Made by a program: the position numbers and the translations under genes. Shown one piece after another: positions 36,460 to 48,400 of a stretch of DNA of 64,000 nt. Numbering within the stretch: position 1 is the stretch's first letter; each line of letters starts with the position of its first letter. This DNA is from Xylographa opegraphella (Eukaryota). The stretch is taken from positions 372,001 through 436,000 of the forward strand of contig JALDZX010000002.1 in assembly GCA_022813865.1 (NCBI GenBank), written 5' to 3'. The notes under the pieces were generated by a model. The model saw only the letters and a list, made by a program, of their open reading frames with translations. It was not told where the DNA came from and ran no database searches.

Positions 36460-37250
36460 CACAACGAACTCGCTATTCGTTGAAGGATCCCGCGCACCCT
36501 CATTTCCCCAAGCCGTGGAGAAGGTCCTCCCGGTAAGACCCGCACTCCTGTCATCCCAGGCGTCCTTGCCTTGGCCTTTGGCCCATCCTGTTCCCGCTCC
36601 GCCTCATGGTTATTTACACCATCCGCTAGCTTGGTGCTCGGATCACCCGGGCGCCATCAAGCCGAAGGGAGACAATGAACCCTTCGGGATCTGCTCCCAG
36701 AGTTTCTCACGCGATGCGTGTCGATCTCGATACGGAAATCGTCCTGGGGGATGGGAGATATCACTCCTTCCTACCGAAACCCTAACTGGGTGGATTATTA
36801 CATTTTGGGACACTCCGTTTCCGAAACAGTGATTCATACCGTGCACAGACTACGGAGCTAGCGACCACGGGCAACGACAAGTACCTTAAATGTCAATCGC
36901 CAATTTCGTCACGATTGATTTTGTTCTTACGCCAACATCCCAAGAAAACCACCATATTTATCCTCCCGGCTCACCTGGACTTCTGGGTCTAGGTAATGGT
37001 TCCGGTCGCTGGGACGAGGGTCCGGAACCCTGGTCGAAAGCCAGAACGGCGACGCAGGGTCTGATGGATGGACTTCCGTTGTCGTGGACCACTTCCGGGT
37101 TTTCCAGCCGCAGAGGGGAGCTTAAGGCAAGCCTCCAGATTAAACTCTATCTACAATCATATGCATAGCCTTTTCACACTGAGTTATGGCACGTGACTGC
37201 CATGATATTAGCACGCAGCCTTTGGCTTCCCGCATAGAGTCGATCACTAG
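36460..37250 (+). ncRNA. candidate long structured non-coding RNA (possible telomerase RNA)
   Basis: More than ten local 6-10-bp helices, whose G-U pairs work only on the + strand. No protein-like ORF. Contains AACCCTAAC at 36778-36786. Boundaries are approximate. Confidence 0.4.
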
Positions 37251-37657
37251 GTTCGCAGCTCCATCGTCTGTATCGCCGTTCACTTCCGCCTGGCCTCCAA
37301 CTTCCTCTCCCCCTCCCCTCCACTCCACCTGTCCCTCCCGCCCCGCCACTCCTCCATTCCCCGAGCAACCGACTCCCCCTAAACGTAGATCATCCCCTCC
37401 ATACAGCCTCCCCGCCCATTTCTCCACCCCACCCTCCTCCAAGCGCTCGCCGAATCACCCTCGCCGTTCCCCTGCTGTCCCACTAGAAGACCTCCTTCCC
37501 GTAGCTCGCTCCTCCTCACGCTCTCGCTGCATGCTCACCTAAGCTGCACAGAACGCTCCGCAATGGACGTCCCGAAAGCCAAGGGATAGGAGGCTATTGA
37601 TCCCGCCAAACCCCGACAGCAGCCCACCACCACCACCACCGAGTCGGCCTCGAAAGT

Positions 37658-37990
37658 CCCCTCACGCCGTGAGGACCAGATGTCACCATGTCCCGACAGC
37701 AACCTGCTCCTTCCCCCCTTTCAAGCGGATGTGTCATGTTGGAGTATCGATGAATGATTCCTGACCCAGAAACGGGGTATGAAAGCGCCAGGTGGATATC
37801 AAAACAACCTCCCCCCTTTCCCCCCTCACCTCCGTGAAGACCAGATGTAACCATGTCCCGACAGCACGCGTTGCACACCTGCCCCTTCCCTCCCTTTCAA
37901 GCGGATGTGTCATGTAGAGTATCGATGAATGATTCCTGACCAAGAAACGGGGTATAAAGAGCGTCACGTGGTTATCAAAACAACCCCCCC
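37658..37990. repeat. tandem duplication, ~165-bp unit x2
   Basis: The blocks ccgtga.gaccagatgt.accatgtcccgacagca, ccctttcaagcggatgtgtcatgt and gagtatcgatgaatgattcctgacc.agaaacggggtat occur in units starting ~37667 and ~37832. Confidence 0.9.
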
Positions 37991-38030
37991 CCCCCATTCC
38001 ACCCAATTCCACCCCTCCCACCACGACGCC

Positions 38031-39411
38031 TCAATCGCCCAACCTCGCCTTGAAGCCGGCGTACGCGCCCTCGAGCTCAAAGGCACACTCCCGCGTCTCC
38101 TCCTCCCCCAGATTCTCGCCGGCGCGCATGCCGTTCAGGCGGATGAGCCACTTGATGATGTTGCCGCGGCCGTCGAAGTCGCCGTCGACGACCTTGTTGA
38201 CGGACTGGATGACCTCCGACAGGAGCGGGTGCAGCTGGTCCTTGGCGAGGATCTTGATGCGCAGCGCGTCGAGGAAGGTGATGAAGTTCTCCGTCGCGTT
38301 GGCGATCGAGGAGGCTGACGGCGTGGTGGTGGTGGTGGTGGTGTTGTTGTTGTTGCCGGTGGGTTTGGAGGCTGCGCCGGGGGCGTTTGGGGGCTGGTAG
38401 GTGGAGGAGTGTGGGGCGAAGGGGTAGGGCGTGGAGGTGGAGGGGTTGGGGTGGCTGGGGTTTACGAGCGTGGAGGGCAGGCCGATGCGGAGGCGCTCTG
38501 TGGCGCGCGGGCAGTCCATCTAGGGGCGGGAAGATGTCAGCTGCATGCGTCGTAGATGGTCAAGATCCTTGAGAGATGTCCCTCCGCGTCCGCGTGCGCT
38601 TCGTCCTTCCCTGCCCCGTAAGGAAGCTCCTACAGCGGACACAGAGACACTAGGGGGCAAATCCTCACATCGTACTCCCTCTTGAAACTCTCGAGATCCA
38701 CAAACGCCCGCCGCACCCGCTCATCGCTCAGCGCGCTGTTGTACTGCTTGATGAGCCGGCTGCAGATGTCGGTGTACTCCGTCTCCGAGACGGAGTCCCG
38801 CGTGTACGCCCGCTCGAGGTCGTCGAGCACGACCACGATGCTGTAGATCTCGGCGAGGGAGTCGAGCAGCTCCCGCTCCGCCGTGCCGTGCCGGGGGAGC
38901 TTGACTTCCTGTGGCGGTGAGTGCGTTAGCGGCCAGGTTGGAGCGTTGGTGGTTGAGGGTTGGGGGATTGGGAGTGCTGTGTGGGGATGGGGGATAAAGT
39001 GTGGGGAGGGATAAGGGGATATATTATATGGGTGAGTAATAGGGAGGGATAGAGTTGATATGATAGGTTGTGGTTGGAGAATGGTAAGATGGCATTAAAT
39101 GACACATGGTATTTCCTCTCATGGGTATAAGCCCTGGAGTGGGAGGGATGACCGCTGGCAAAAAGAATGCTGCGTATGAACATGACATGCCTCTTGTGGG
39201 AGGAATCCCGTATGGTAGAAGTTGTAAGCAGTCATTGCGAGGCGGAGAGGAGAAAGAAGTAGATGTATGATTGAATGCTAGAGTGCGGAAATATGTCTAC
39301 AGAAATGGGATGCCGTACCTCGTCAAGATTGATGGTTGCGTTGAGCGTTGTATCTGGCGTGTAGCTGTACGGCGAAGGTGCATATGAAGGGAGGCGTGAG
39401 GAGGTATACAT
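38031..39411 (-). CDS. VPS28: ESCRT-I subunit Vps28 (3 exons)
   Basis: Exons 39411-39319, 38908-38669 and 38519-38031. Motifs: INLDEEVKL, SLAEIYSIVVVLDDLERAY, CPRATERLRIGLP, ATENFITFLDAL, DQLHPLL. Confidence 0.93.
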
Positions 39412-39829
39412 TTTTCAAAAGGGTCCGGAAAGGGTGATTATGTCCGGTCCTTAAAGCAGGTAGGTATAATCGACCCTGCCGTAGCTTTTGTGATAAGTAA
39501 AGCTGAAGGCCGTGGGAGCCGGCTCACCAATCTGAAATAGTAGATGTAGATATAGTTTGGTCACTACCTAATAAATTTGCAGAGTATTGCGAGATGAGAG
39601 CTCAGGCTTTATGGATTAGGATACTGCCGATATGCCGAGGCTCAGGGTTCCGGCAAGGAGCGCTATGATTCGCGTTGGGAACATAGATACTGTTGATAAA
39701 TATTTCTGATGGAAAATACAAGATTCATATTCTGTGTCATTTATATCACGAGCCTACTAAACACGGGCGATGGTCCACAAGCGTATACTTAAATCACAGA
39801 TTATTATGTTTCAAGTCCATCTATAGAAT

Positions 39830-42010
39830 CTATGCTTCGATACCTCCCCACTCATCATCGCTACCATCTCCGGCATGTTGCATCTTTTCAGACAGTGTCC
39901 TCTGTCGTGCGCCTATGACTGCACCTTTTCTATTATTCGCCAGTCTCCTGTCAAAGCCACTCTTGGTGCTGATCCTCATCTTTCTCGCCTCCTTGCTCCC
40001 ACCATCATCAGCCCTAACAGTTCGTCTCGCTTCCACCCCTCCTCTCTTCAACTGTTGCTTGCTTTTTTTGCTGACATCAGGTAGTGCATCCAGGAGCCAC
40101 TTCTGAATCCCTGAGTCCTCGGAGTCTTCAGACTTACCCTTAATCTTCTGGCTTGTGGCTATTACGTTTGCTACATTCTTAACATAAGGAATATCCTCTT
40201 TTGTGTAGAGCGTGACGGCTATACCACCTTCTCGACCAGCCCGTCCTGTACGTCCAGCTCGATGTATGTATGCAGCTCCGGTATTAGGGATGTCATAACT
40301 GACGACTCCGTTTATCCCTCGGAAGTCAATTCCACGTGATAAGAGGTCAGTCGTGATGAGAACCCAAATCTCCCCTTTACGAAACTCGGCCATGATATTG
40401 GATCTCGCATTGTCCGAGAGATCAGAATGAAGCACTGCGATTCGGGCAGATCCACCTGCCTCAGGTGGGATATCATACAGAAGCTCTGAATGTAACGCCA
40501 CAGCTCGTGGAATAGTCTGCGTAAATACAAGGAAAGGGGGTCGCAGCGCTTTGGACGCTTCAGATATATCAGATGTTGCTGGATGTAGGAGTTGACGTAT
40601 AGCTAGAAGTTTCCCTTGCTCCGTCCCGGCGTAGATTAGACGATGAGAAATGGTTGGAAGAGCAGAGTCCTTGAGTCCTATGACGAGACGCAACAAGTAG
40701 TGGACAGAATTAGACTGTACTAGCTCTCCGCGCCGCTCTGATATGAACGATTGTGCAAGTGACTCTATGGAGGAATCAATAGTGGCAGACCACAAACTCG
40801 TCTGCAGCTTTTCATTTGTACAGTTTCTCCAAATTTCAAGGGTCTGAGCTCGAAATAGAGGATCAAGTAGGACATCAGCTTCGTCAAGGACAAGATAGCG
40901 AATGGAGTGCAGAACCCTAGCTTTCGAATTAGGCATGGCTGGCAAAGCGTGCAGCAGGACCAAAGGTGTAGTGACAAGCACATCCGCCTTCACAACATTC
41001 TCATGCGTTTCCGGATCCTTGTTGTTCTCATCTCGTGAACTAAACTCGAAGTTGAGCTGCATGCCCTTTCGCATCCCTGCTATCTTCAGACCAGTACCAC
41101 CGGCCAATTTCTTGCCTTCGTTGACAATCTGATTCGCCAATTCATGTGTGGGTGCTATTATAATAGCGCTGATGTGACAATGCACTGAAGAGCCGAGTCT
41201 ATCTTGTTCGTCTTTCCGACGGTCTTTTAGTAGCCCACACAGTACTGGTATGAGAAATGCCAAAGTCTTTCCACTTCCAGTTGGTGCAACAGTAAGCAAG
41301 TCAACCACATCCTTGACGTCCTTGTGGTCGTCCATAGACTTTGGCAGTCCGCGGTCCTCGTTAGTGCCAAGTAATAGAGGTAAGCTGCCCAATTGCACCT
41401 CGGTAGGTGTCCTGTATCCTTGAGAGTCTAAATTTTCAGCTAATCTCTTCGAGACTCCATAATGGGAACGCAATTCTGCAAATGACCTTAGAGGTTGGGG
41501 ATAAACAGGTATCATCAAAGGCTTTTCGGTAGTTGCAACGCTAGATCGAGCTTTTTTGTGTTTCTTTCCGTTAAAAGCACCGTTCTCACATTTTTTCAGT
41601 AAGGTCACTTTTATCTTATGAGACTTAAAAATCCTTCTGCATTCCTCGTGAGATAATTTGAGAGCCCCAAGTTCATTTTGGCGGTAATCTTGATCGGTAT
41701 CATTTATCGATGGTGTACTAGTTAGGGTTGATGGCTGCCTGTCACTTTCTTTGCCCGGTTCCCTGAAGAAATTCAATGTTTCCGCATGTACGGGAGTCTG
41801 CTTCTGAACTTGAATAGAGACTCCTCTTTTGCGCTTCTTTCCATTTTTCGAGTTCCTTGTATTGGATTGCACCTCAGACTCCTCGTTTCCAATGAAGACC
41901 TGAGGCTGGGTTGCTGGGCCTGCGGAAGGAGTATTCGGATTTTGAGAATTTCTATGAGAGAGATTCTTTTGCAGATTTGTCGAGCGAGAGAGTAGTTTCA
42001 GAATATCCAT
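39830..42010 (-). CDS. ROK1: DEAD-box RNA helicase Rok1 (DDX52)
   Basis: Single exon from the ATG at 42010 (MDILKLLSRST). It has the Q motif PTEVQ, APTGSGKT, PTHELA, DEAD, SAT, RGIDF and HRAGRTGRAG. Confidence 0.9.
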   Translation of the reverse strand: MDILKLLSRSTNLQKNLSHRNSQNPNTPSAGPATQPQVFIGNEESEVQSNTRNSKNGKKRKRGVSIQVQKQTPVHAETLNFFREPGKESDRQPSTLTSTPSINDTDQDYRQNELGALKLSHEECRRIFKSHKIKVTLLKKCENGAFNGKKHKKARSSVATTEKPLMIPVYPQPLRSFAELRSHYGVSKRLAENLDSQGYRTPTEVQLGSLPLLLGTNEDRGLPKSMDDHKDVKDVVDLLTVAPTGSGKTLAFLIPVLCGLLKDRRKDEQDRLGSSVHCHISAIIIAPTHELANQIVNEGKKLAGGTGLKIAGMRKGMQLNFEFSSRDENNKDPETHENVVKADVLVTTPLVLLHALPAMPNSKARVLHSIRYLVLDEADVLLDPLFRAQTLEIWRNCTNEKLQTSLWSATIDSSIESLAQSFISERRGELVQSNSVHYLLRLVIGLKDSALPTISHRLIYAGTEQGKLLAIRQLLHPATSDISEASKALRPPFLVFTQTIPRAVALHSELLYDIPPEAGGSARIAVLHSDLSDNARSNIMAEFRKGEIWVLITTDLLSRGIDFRGINGVVSYDIPNTGAAYIHRAGRTGRAGREGGIAVTLYTKEDIPYVKNVANVIATSQKIKGKSEDSEDSGIQKWLLDALPDVSKKSKQQLKRGGVEARRTVRADDGGSKEARKMRISTKSGFDRRLANNRKGAVIGARQRTLSEKMQHAGDGSDDEWGGIEA

Positions 42011-42476
42011 CGCAGCGTTACAACTATCAACAAAAAAGCCGATATTAGTTCCCAAGTTAACGTTAATCTATAGGTGAAAATGTAAGGTTCGAACAATCGC
42101 TTATCCTGATACCTAGAACTAGGATATCTTATCGGCTACTAGTCCTATCCTAGCGCGTCAACGCGTAGCCGATCATCATGTGGGCAGTAGGGCAGCCGTT
42201 ATTGACGTCGGAGTCCAGTCTTATTAGAATATCGACGCATCAGGCGGGCGTACACCGGTGGCGGAGTCAGATGCCAGCGACTACTGTTGTTTTCTCGATC
42301 GGCGGATCTAACGGTGCCTGACGCCACTCTTCATCTAAGTTGAAGAGAAATGCTGTGCATCTTTGGTGGGGCTTTTACTCAAAGGCTGTTCGAGCTTCAA
42401 AAAGTTCTTTGGCTTCCAAACACTATACCATGAATCTCTCACCCGCAATATCACTGAAACGCTTTTTAACGCCATT
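42011..42476. promoter_or_regulatory. bidirectional promoter region of ROK1 and ATG2
   Basis: Head-to-head start codons 466 bp apart. The region contains overlapping inverted repeats at 42119-42173 and ACGCGT at 42161-42166. Confidence 0.6.
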
Positions 42477-45400
42477 ATGGGCTTCTTCCTTCCCTCCTTC
42501 GTCCAAAAGAGGATTCTACGGTATGCTCTCTCGCGGCTGGATATACTCGACACCGATGCCTTGGACCTGGACAAATTGGACATTGTCTGGGGAAAGAGAA
42601 GCACTGTTGAGTTACGGGATGTTGGATTGCGGCTGAAGGTACGCTATTCAGCGATTTCTAAATCAATACCCGTGCGAAGAATCGCTTCGGCTGATTATCA
42701 TTTATTGGTTCTTATAGCGACTTACTTCACTACTTCGACTGCCATCCTATTTGAACATTAAAAAAGCAAAAGTGCTGCTTCTTCGAGTCACCATTCCCGC
42801 GGATATTTATAACAGTGGTATATTGGTGGAAGTCGAGGGAGTGGAAGGTCAGATACTCCTGACCTCAGGGTTCTCCGAGCCTGTTGATCAGAATATACCT
42901 ATCATCGAACGAGGAGGGCTGGCCAAAGGGACAGGATCAAGCAAGTCCAGGAGTGCAGATAATACGATATACGACCAGGGCGAAGCACGAAAGGTACCCA
43001 CAAGTTCCACTCAGCAGAGCGAAGATGGTGCGACAGAAGCAATCCCCAGTTCAGTAAATCTTGCCCATTCATTCCTTCAGACGGAGCCGCTGCATGGAAG
43101 AGTAAAACTTCAAGCTGCAATATCCAAGTCCCAGCGTCTCCAGCAATCGCTGTTAAGCGAAGAAGGAGAAGAACTTTCGGATACTGGATTGGGCGCTACG
43201 TATTCTTTACCAGGTTTCATTGCAGACTTTTTAAAGGGTATTGGAGACCGCCTAAAGCTTCAAATCAGAAAGATCCAGCTGGATGTTGATCTTGAACTAG
43301 AAGTGTCTCTGAGAGGTACTGCTACTAGCAATCGTTCCATGAGCTCGGACATGGTCACATTGAGAGTTGCCATAGATTCTATAGACATCGAACAGAACCG
43401 AACATCAAAAGATGCATACGATAGCAAGGACTCGCCTTCCTTTACAGGACCGAGTGGAACTCGGTGCATTTCTTTCACTAATGTACAACTTATGATAGTT
43501 TCTGAGTCGCTATTTTACAATTTTGTCTCTCAATTTTCCGAGCCGCATTCTCCGACAGCAACGCATACCTCTAATTTTGCTAGACCGACGGACGAAGCTT
43601 CACGAAATGCGTCCGATAGCAAGTCTCAGTCATCTTCGCGAGGTGCTAATCTTGGCACGGCGGAACCTACGATACTTGCTGAAACCGACACCCATAGCGA
43701 GAATCACGGTACGCAATCTTCACTCGCTGATAAGGACCACAGTGTGTTTCCTGAAGGCTGCGTAAGTGGGAGGCATAGGATACCCGGTAGCTCAGAGCAA
43801 GCAGCGCAATCCCCACTATTCGACAACAGCCATTCCCGGGAATCCTCTATTTGGGGAGGGATTTCCCCTATTCCAACAGAAGGAATTATCTCCGAAAGTT
43901 CCGGGATTATACCTACTTATGATTTCTACCAGTCTTTATGTGGAGAAAACGATACAGATCTATCCAACGAATCAATTGAAACATCTAACACTAATAGTTA
44001 CCCAGCAGCAAACCCCATGGGTGATCAATTCGATGAGCGACGGGATGTGTCTGTGTCTCCACCTTACAGCACAGCTAGATATTCATTAGATGAAGAGCAG
44101 ATACTTCGATCATCCTCTCATAGAGACTCTGACCAGTCCAAGCTGTTAAAGAACAGCCTAGATCGTCCCTCTTCAGCATCTATATTCTCGTCTACTACTG
44201 ATGCATTTTTACCCGCTTCATCAGCTCCAGCTTCTGATGAAGACTTGACACAGTCAAAAATCTTTAGCAACGACGAGGCTAAAAGCATGTATATGAGTGC
44301 TATCAGCCAAATTTCCACCAGCCAAGTACAGAAAGCACGAACTCCTGGTGCATGGGAGGCTTTCAGCGGTGACAGTGGAGATCAATCTGGTGCTGCCGAC
44401 GAAGGGGGAGGCAGAAATCTTATTGCCATTTCTGTGGAAGATCCTAAGGTCGAGCATACTCCTGATGTAAGGGGTAACGCTGAAACAAGTGACCATTCAC
44501 AAACACGGCCAGTATCTCAGCATTCACCTGTGGTACCGTTATCGGGAAGCATGGAGGATTTCTCTGCTGTTAAGTTGCAGCTGGAATCAGAGGGTACAAA
44601 GTCACAGAAATCAGAGGCTTCGTCCAGGCTGTCAAACAGCGGGAGTCGGACGGTGAAGCGTTTCATGACTATTGACTCAATTGCGATATTAATACCGGAG
44701 AGAGAAGCTAAAGATCTACCATATCGGTCCGAATCAGAGGAGAATCTCGATGTGAAGAACATGGCGGTGCCCGGTGCATTTTCCACTTCTTTTGTTTCGC
44801 AGTCCACCAAGTTCAACCCTCAATCGACTTCAATTCCGCTCAAAACCCAGGATACGCCGGAGAGTCAAGGATTGAGAGCAAAATCGAGGGATTCTCAGCC
44901 TGCTTCCGTTGCTATACACGATATTGCAATGTTTGTAGACCTCGGGCTAACAAGAATGATGGTAATTATCGCGCAACAAGTGTCAGCACTACAGCTTAGG
45001 GCTTCTGTCATGAGATCGAGCGAGGAGATACCAAAGCGTTCATCATCATCTATAACGGTGGATGTTGAGGGACTTTCTTGGAAGTTTGCTGACCTGATTC
45101 GCGGCTCCGTTGAAAATAGTCTAGATATTGATGGCGCACTGGATGGCCCCTCGTCTTTATCGGATTATGAGACACTGCTAGTGGCGAGCCTGGATAATCT
45201 ACAGTTCACTCACGATACGGAAGGTCCTTCGTCCCATACCAGAATCTCTCTTGGAAAGTTCACTTTTGGTTATCCATCAGATCATATAATCTCCTTTGCC
45301 TCGAACCTGCGCACGAGGGAGTCTACTCGCGATATACTCGCACCAGTGAACAAAGATCTAGAAATATCCATCATCCGGACTCCAATCTCACTCATGGTTA

Positions 45401-48400
45401 ATGCAACTACTCTCCCACTACATATTGTTGTAGACCTAGTTCGGCTTGACGAGACATTTGGTTGGTTTGGTGGACTTAGTACGGTTCTTGGTCTCGGGAA
45501 CTCGATGATATCTACAGTGACTGCAGTGGAAACGAAGACAAAAAACCCAACCAATGCAAAACGTTCCCGTGGGGTCAGGTTTGATACTTCAGGAGAAGAA
45601 AGACGGCCTTCTTCAGCAGTAACTACACAACAAAAGATAACGACCAGGATCGGAGGCCTTCTGATCGATCTTACAGGAAAGGAATCCTTGCTGCGTCTGG
45701 AGGGCTCCGCGATAAAGATGGTTAGCCGCGATGAAGGAATTGGGATTCAACTTGACAAGCTCAAATTTGTTGGGCCTTACCTACATGACATGGACGGATC
45801 ACCTGCAGTGTCGATGAACCTCGGAAATATCAGAGTCGAGTATCTTCCCGTTCCCACGGAGGTCGATCTGGCCAGACTCCTTGCCCTTCTTTCACCGTCT
45901 CGAGACAGGGATGAGCCAGATGACGATATACTTTTGGATACTTTTCTTCGTCAACGGCAACAAGGTGCTGTGGTTCGTTTCACTGTTGGGACGTTTGAGG
46001 GTGTCGTCACGAAGCTTCACGATCTAGGGCATTTCTCGGTTATTTCCAAGGAACTTGCTAAGCTCTCAACAGTAGCCAAGTATCTTCCAGAGGATGATCG
46101 TCCTGGATTACTGAGTCTCGTCCTCGTACGCGAGCTGAATTTGAACATCACTCCGAACAAAAGTTTTGGGGCGGCCAGCATTGTGTGTAGAGGCGTCGAA
46201 ATAGCTCATGTGACGCTTCCATCATTATTCCTTTTCGGTGTCAATAAGCTCTATGTCCATCGTGAGGAGGAGGAACTGATTGGTGAGGTTCTTTCTCAAA
46301 CTAGCGAACCCCAACAACAATCGCCGATGATCACGGTAAGATTTATTGGCAATGAAATGGAGCCTACTTTGAAATGCAAGCTTTGGAATCTTCGTGTAGA
46401 GTATCGTGTCTCTACCATCATGGCCATCCTTGGAATATCTGAAACAGCCACGGGAGAGATTATCATTACTGATATGGTCAGTTCCATTGCTACCTTAATG
46501 GAGCACCAGCCACGTCCTAAGCTTTCCAATCAAGTCTCTGAACTTAGTGAGAATTCTACCATGAGGGCGAAGGCTTTACGTTTCGACGTGACGGTTCGTG
46601 ATTCAGTCATCGGGTTGAATCCAAGACTTTCTTCTTCCAAGGGTCTCTTTGTGCTTTCCAATACAAGATTTACTGGCACTTTCCCGAGGAAAGATGATCC
46701 AGTGTTGGGCGGCATAGTGGAGATCAGTAAAGCATCTCTCATGATAATCGATAGCGTTATGAACGTCAAGGAGCGCGAAATCCAGAACGATCTTCTTCCA
46801 GCCAGCCAGCAAACACAAATACAGGCTCTGATTACTATGGGCTATATAGCGGTTAGTGATATATCAACAGCAAAAATATCCTGGCAAGTCGTGTCTGCTG
46901 GAAAAGATCGGGAGAGCTCAATAGACGTCGAAGTCAGAGATGATTTGTTCGTCCTAGAAACCTGTGCCGATTCTACACAGACGCTGCAATCCATCTTCAG
47001 TGGATTGCAACCACCAATGCCACCAAGTCAGGAGATTAAGTATAGGACAGAGGTCGTCCCGGTTGAGGATATGCTTGCTTCATTCACTGGGGATGCCTTT
47101 GCGACGACGGTGGAGAATGATACTCAGTTCGACGACTATCCCCTTGGTCTTGACGAAGGTGACCTCATGGACGATGACGTGCCCCAAAATCTCGAGTATG
47201 TTAGCAGCTTCTATGACCCCAATCCTGCTATAACAGCAGATGATATTGCCAATAGTATTCTTGAGGGCGACTTGGGATCTATGGCAGGCCCACCAATAAC
47301 CAGAGAAATAGGTGATAGACCATTGCTCCAGAGTTTTCAAGAGCAATACGAAATCGCCCCTGGGAGTGCGTCACTGGACTTCAACGATGATTATTTTGGA
47401 ACGGACTCAAAAAGAAACAATACTGCGCAGCGATGGGACTCAGATCGAAATGCTTATGAATTATCCCCCGAACAAAGGGCTCGGGATATTCCTTTGAGAT
47501 TACGTGTTCGAGACGTTCATATCATCTGGAATCTGTTTGACGGCTATGATTGGCAGCATACACGTGACACCATCAGTCAAGCAGTGGCTGATGTAGAGAC
47601 AAAGGCCGCTGAAAGGCTTGCTCGAAAGGACAATAGGAAGTCCATGGAGCCGGTGGATGAAGAGGAGTCTGTCATTGGGGATTTCCTCTTCAACTCGATT
47701 TATATTGGCATTCCTGCCAACCATGACCCACGAGAACTTTCGCGTCAGGTCAATCGCAACATTGACGATCTAGTTAGCGAAGCTGAAAGCTATGCCACGA
47801 CCACCACGATACATGGCTCTCCTAATCGACAAGGATATGCGTCACGAACCAAGAGGAAGAGATTGAGACTGCAGCGCAGCAAGCACCACAAGATGACTTT
47901 TGAACTCAAAGGTGTCGCCATGGACCTTGTTGTGTTTTCGCCCACGTCAGGCGAAACACAAAGCTCAATAGATATTCGTGTGCAAGATCTCGACATCTTC
48001 GATCATGTACCAACCTCGACTTGGAAAAAGTTTGCAACGTATATGCGCGAGGCAGGGGAGAGACAGAGTGGTTCGAGTATGGTTCACATCGAAATTTTAA
48101 ATGTTAGACCAGTACCGGAACTGGCTGCTTCCGAAATTATTCTCAAGGCTACTATCTTGCCTCTCCGACTACACGTTGATCAAGACGCTCTGGACTTTAT
48201 GACACGTTTCTTCGAGTTTAAGGCGGATACAGCACCAGTTCGAACCTCTAAAGCGGAAGTTCCGTTCATCCAGCGAGCGGAAATCAATTCCGTGCAGCTG
48301 AAGCTAGATTTCAAGCCGAAACGGGTTGACTATGCTGGTCTAAGATCAGGCCGTACCACAGAGTTCATGAACTTCTTCATCCTCGATCAAGCTGACATGG

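Noticed and set aside
36841..36853. Group I intron R-like element GTGCACAGACTA
   Set aside because: No matching S element (AAGAUAUAGUC-like) or P/Q elements were found, and there is no rRNA host context.
37030..37072. Hammerhead ribozyme (CUGAUGG near GAAA)
   Set aside because: The core is CUGAUGG rather than CUGANGA, there is no NUH site after the putative stem III, and the segment fits a simple long hairpin better.
37108..37125. RNase MRP/P CR-V-like word GGGGAGCTTA
   Set aside because: There is no convincing upstream CR-I partner in the right architecture. The best GAAAGTCCCC lies downstream (~37652). It cannot be fully excluded without cmscan.
38909..39318. Long VPS28 intron 1 as a snoRNA host
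   Set aside because: No box C/D pair or clear H/ACA architecture was seen; the intron is mostly low-complexity sequence.
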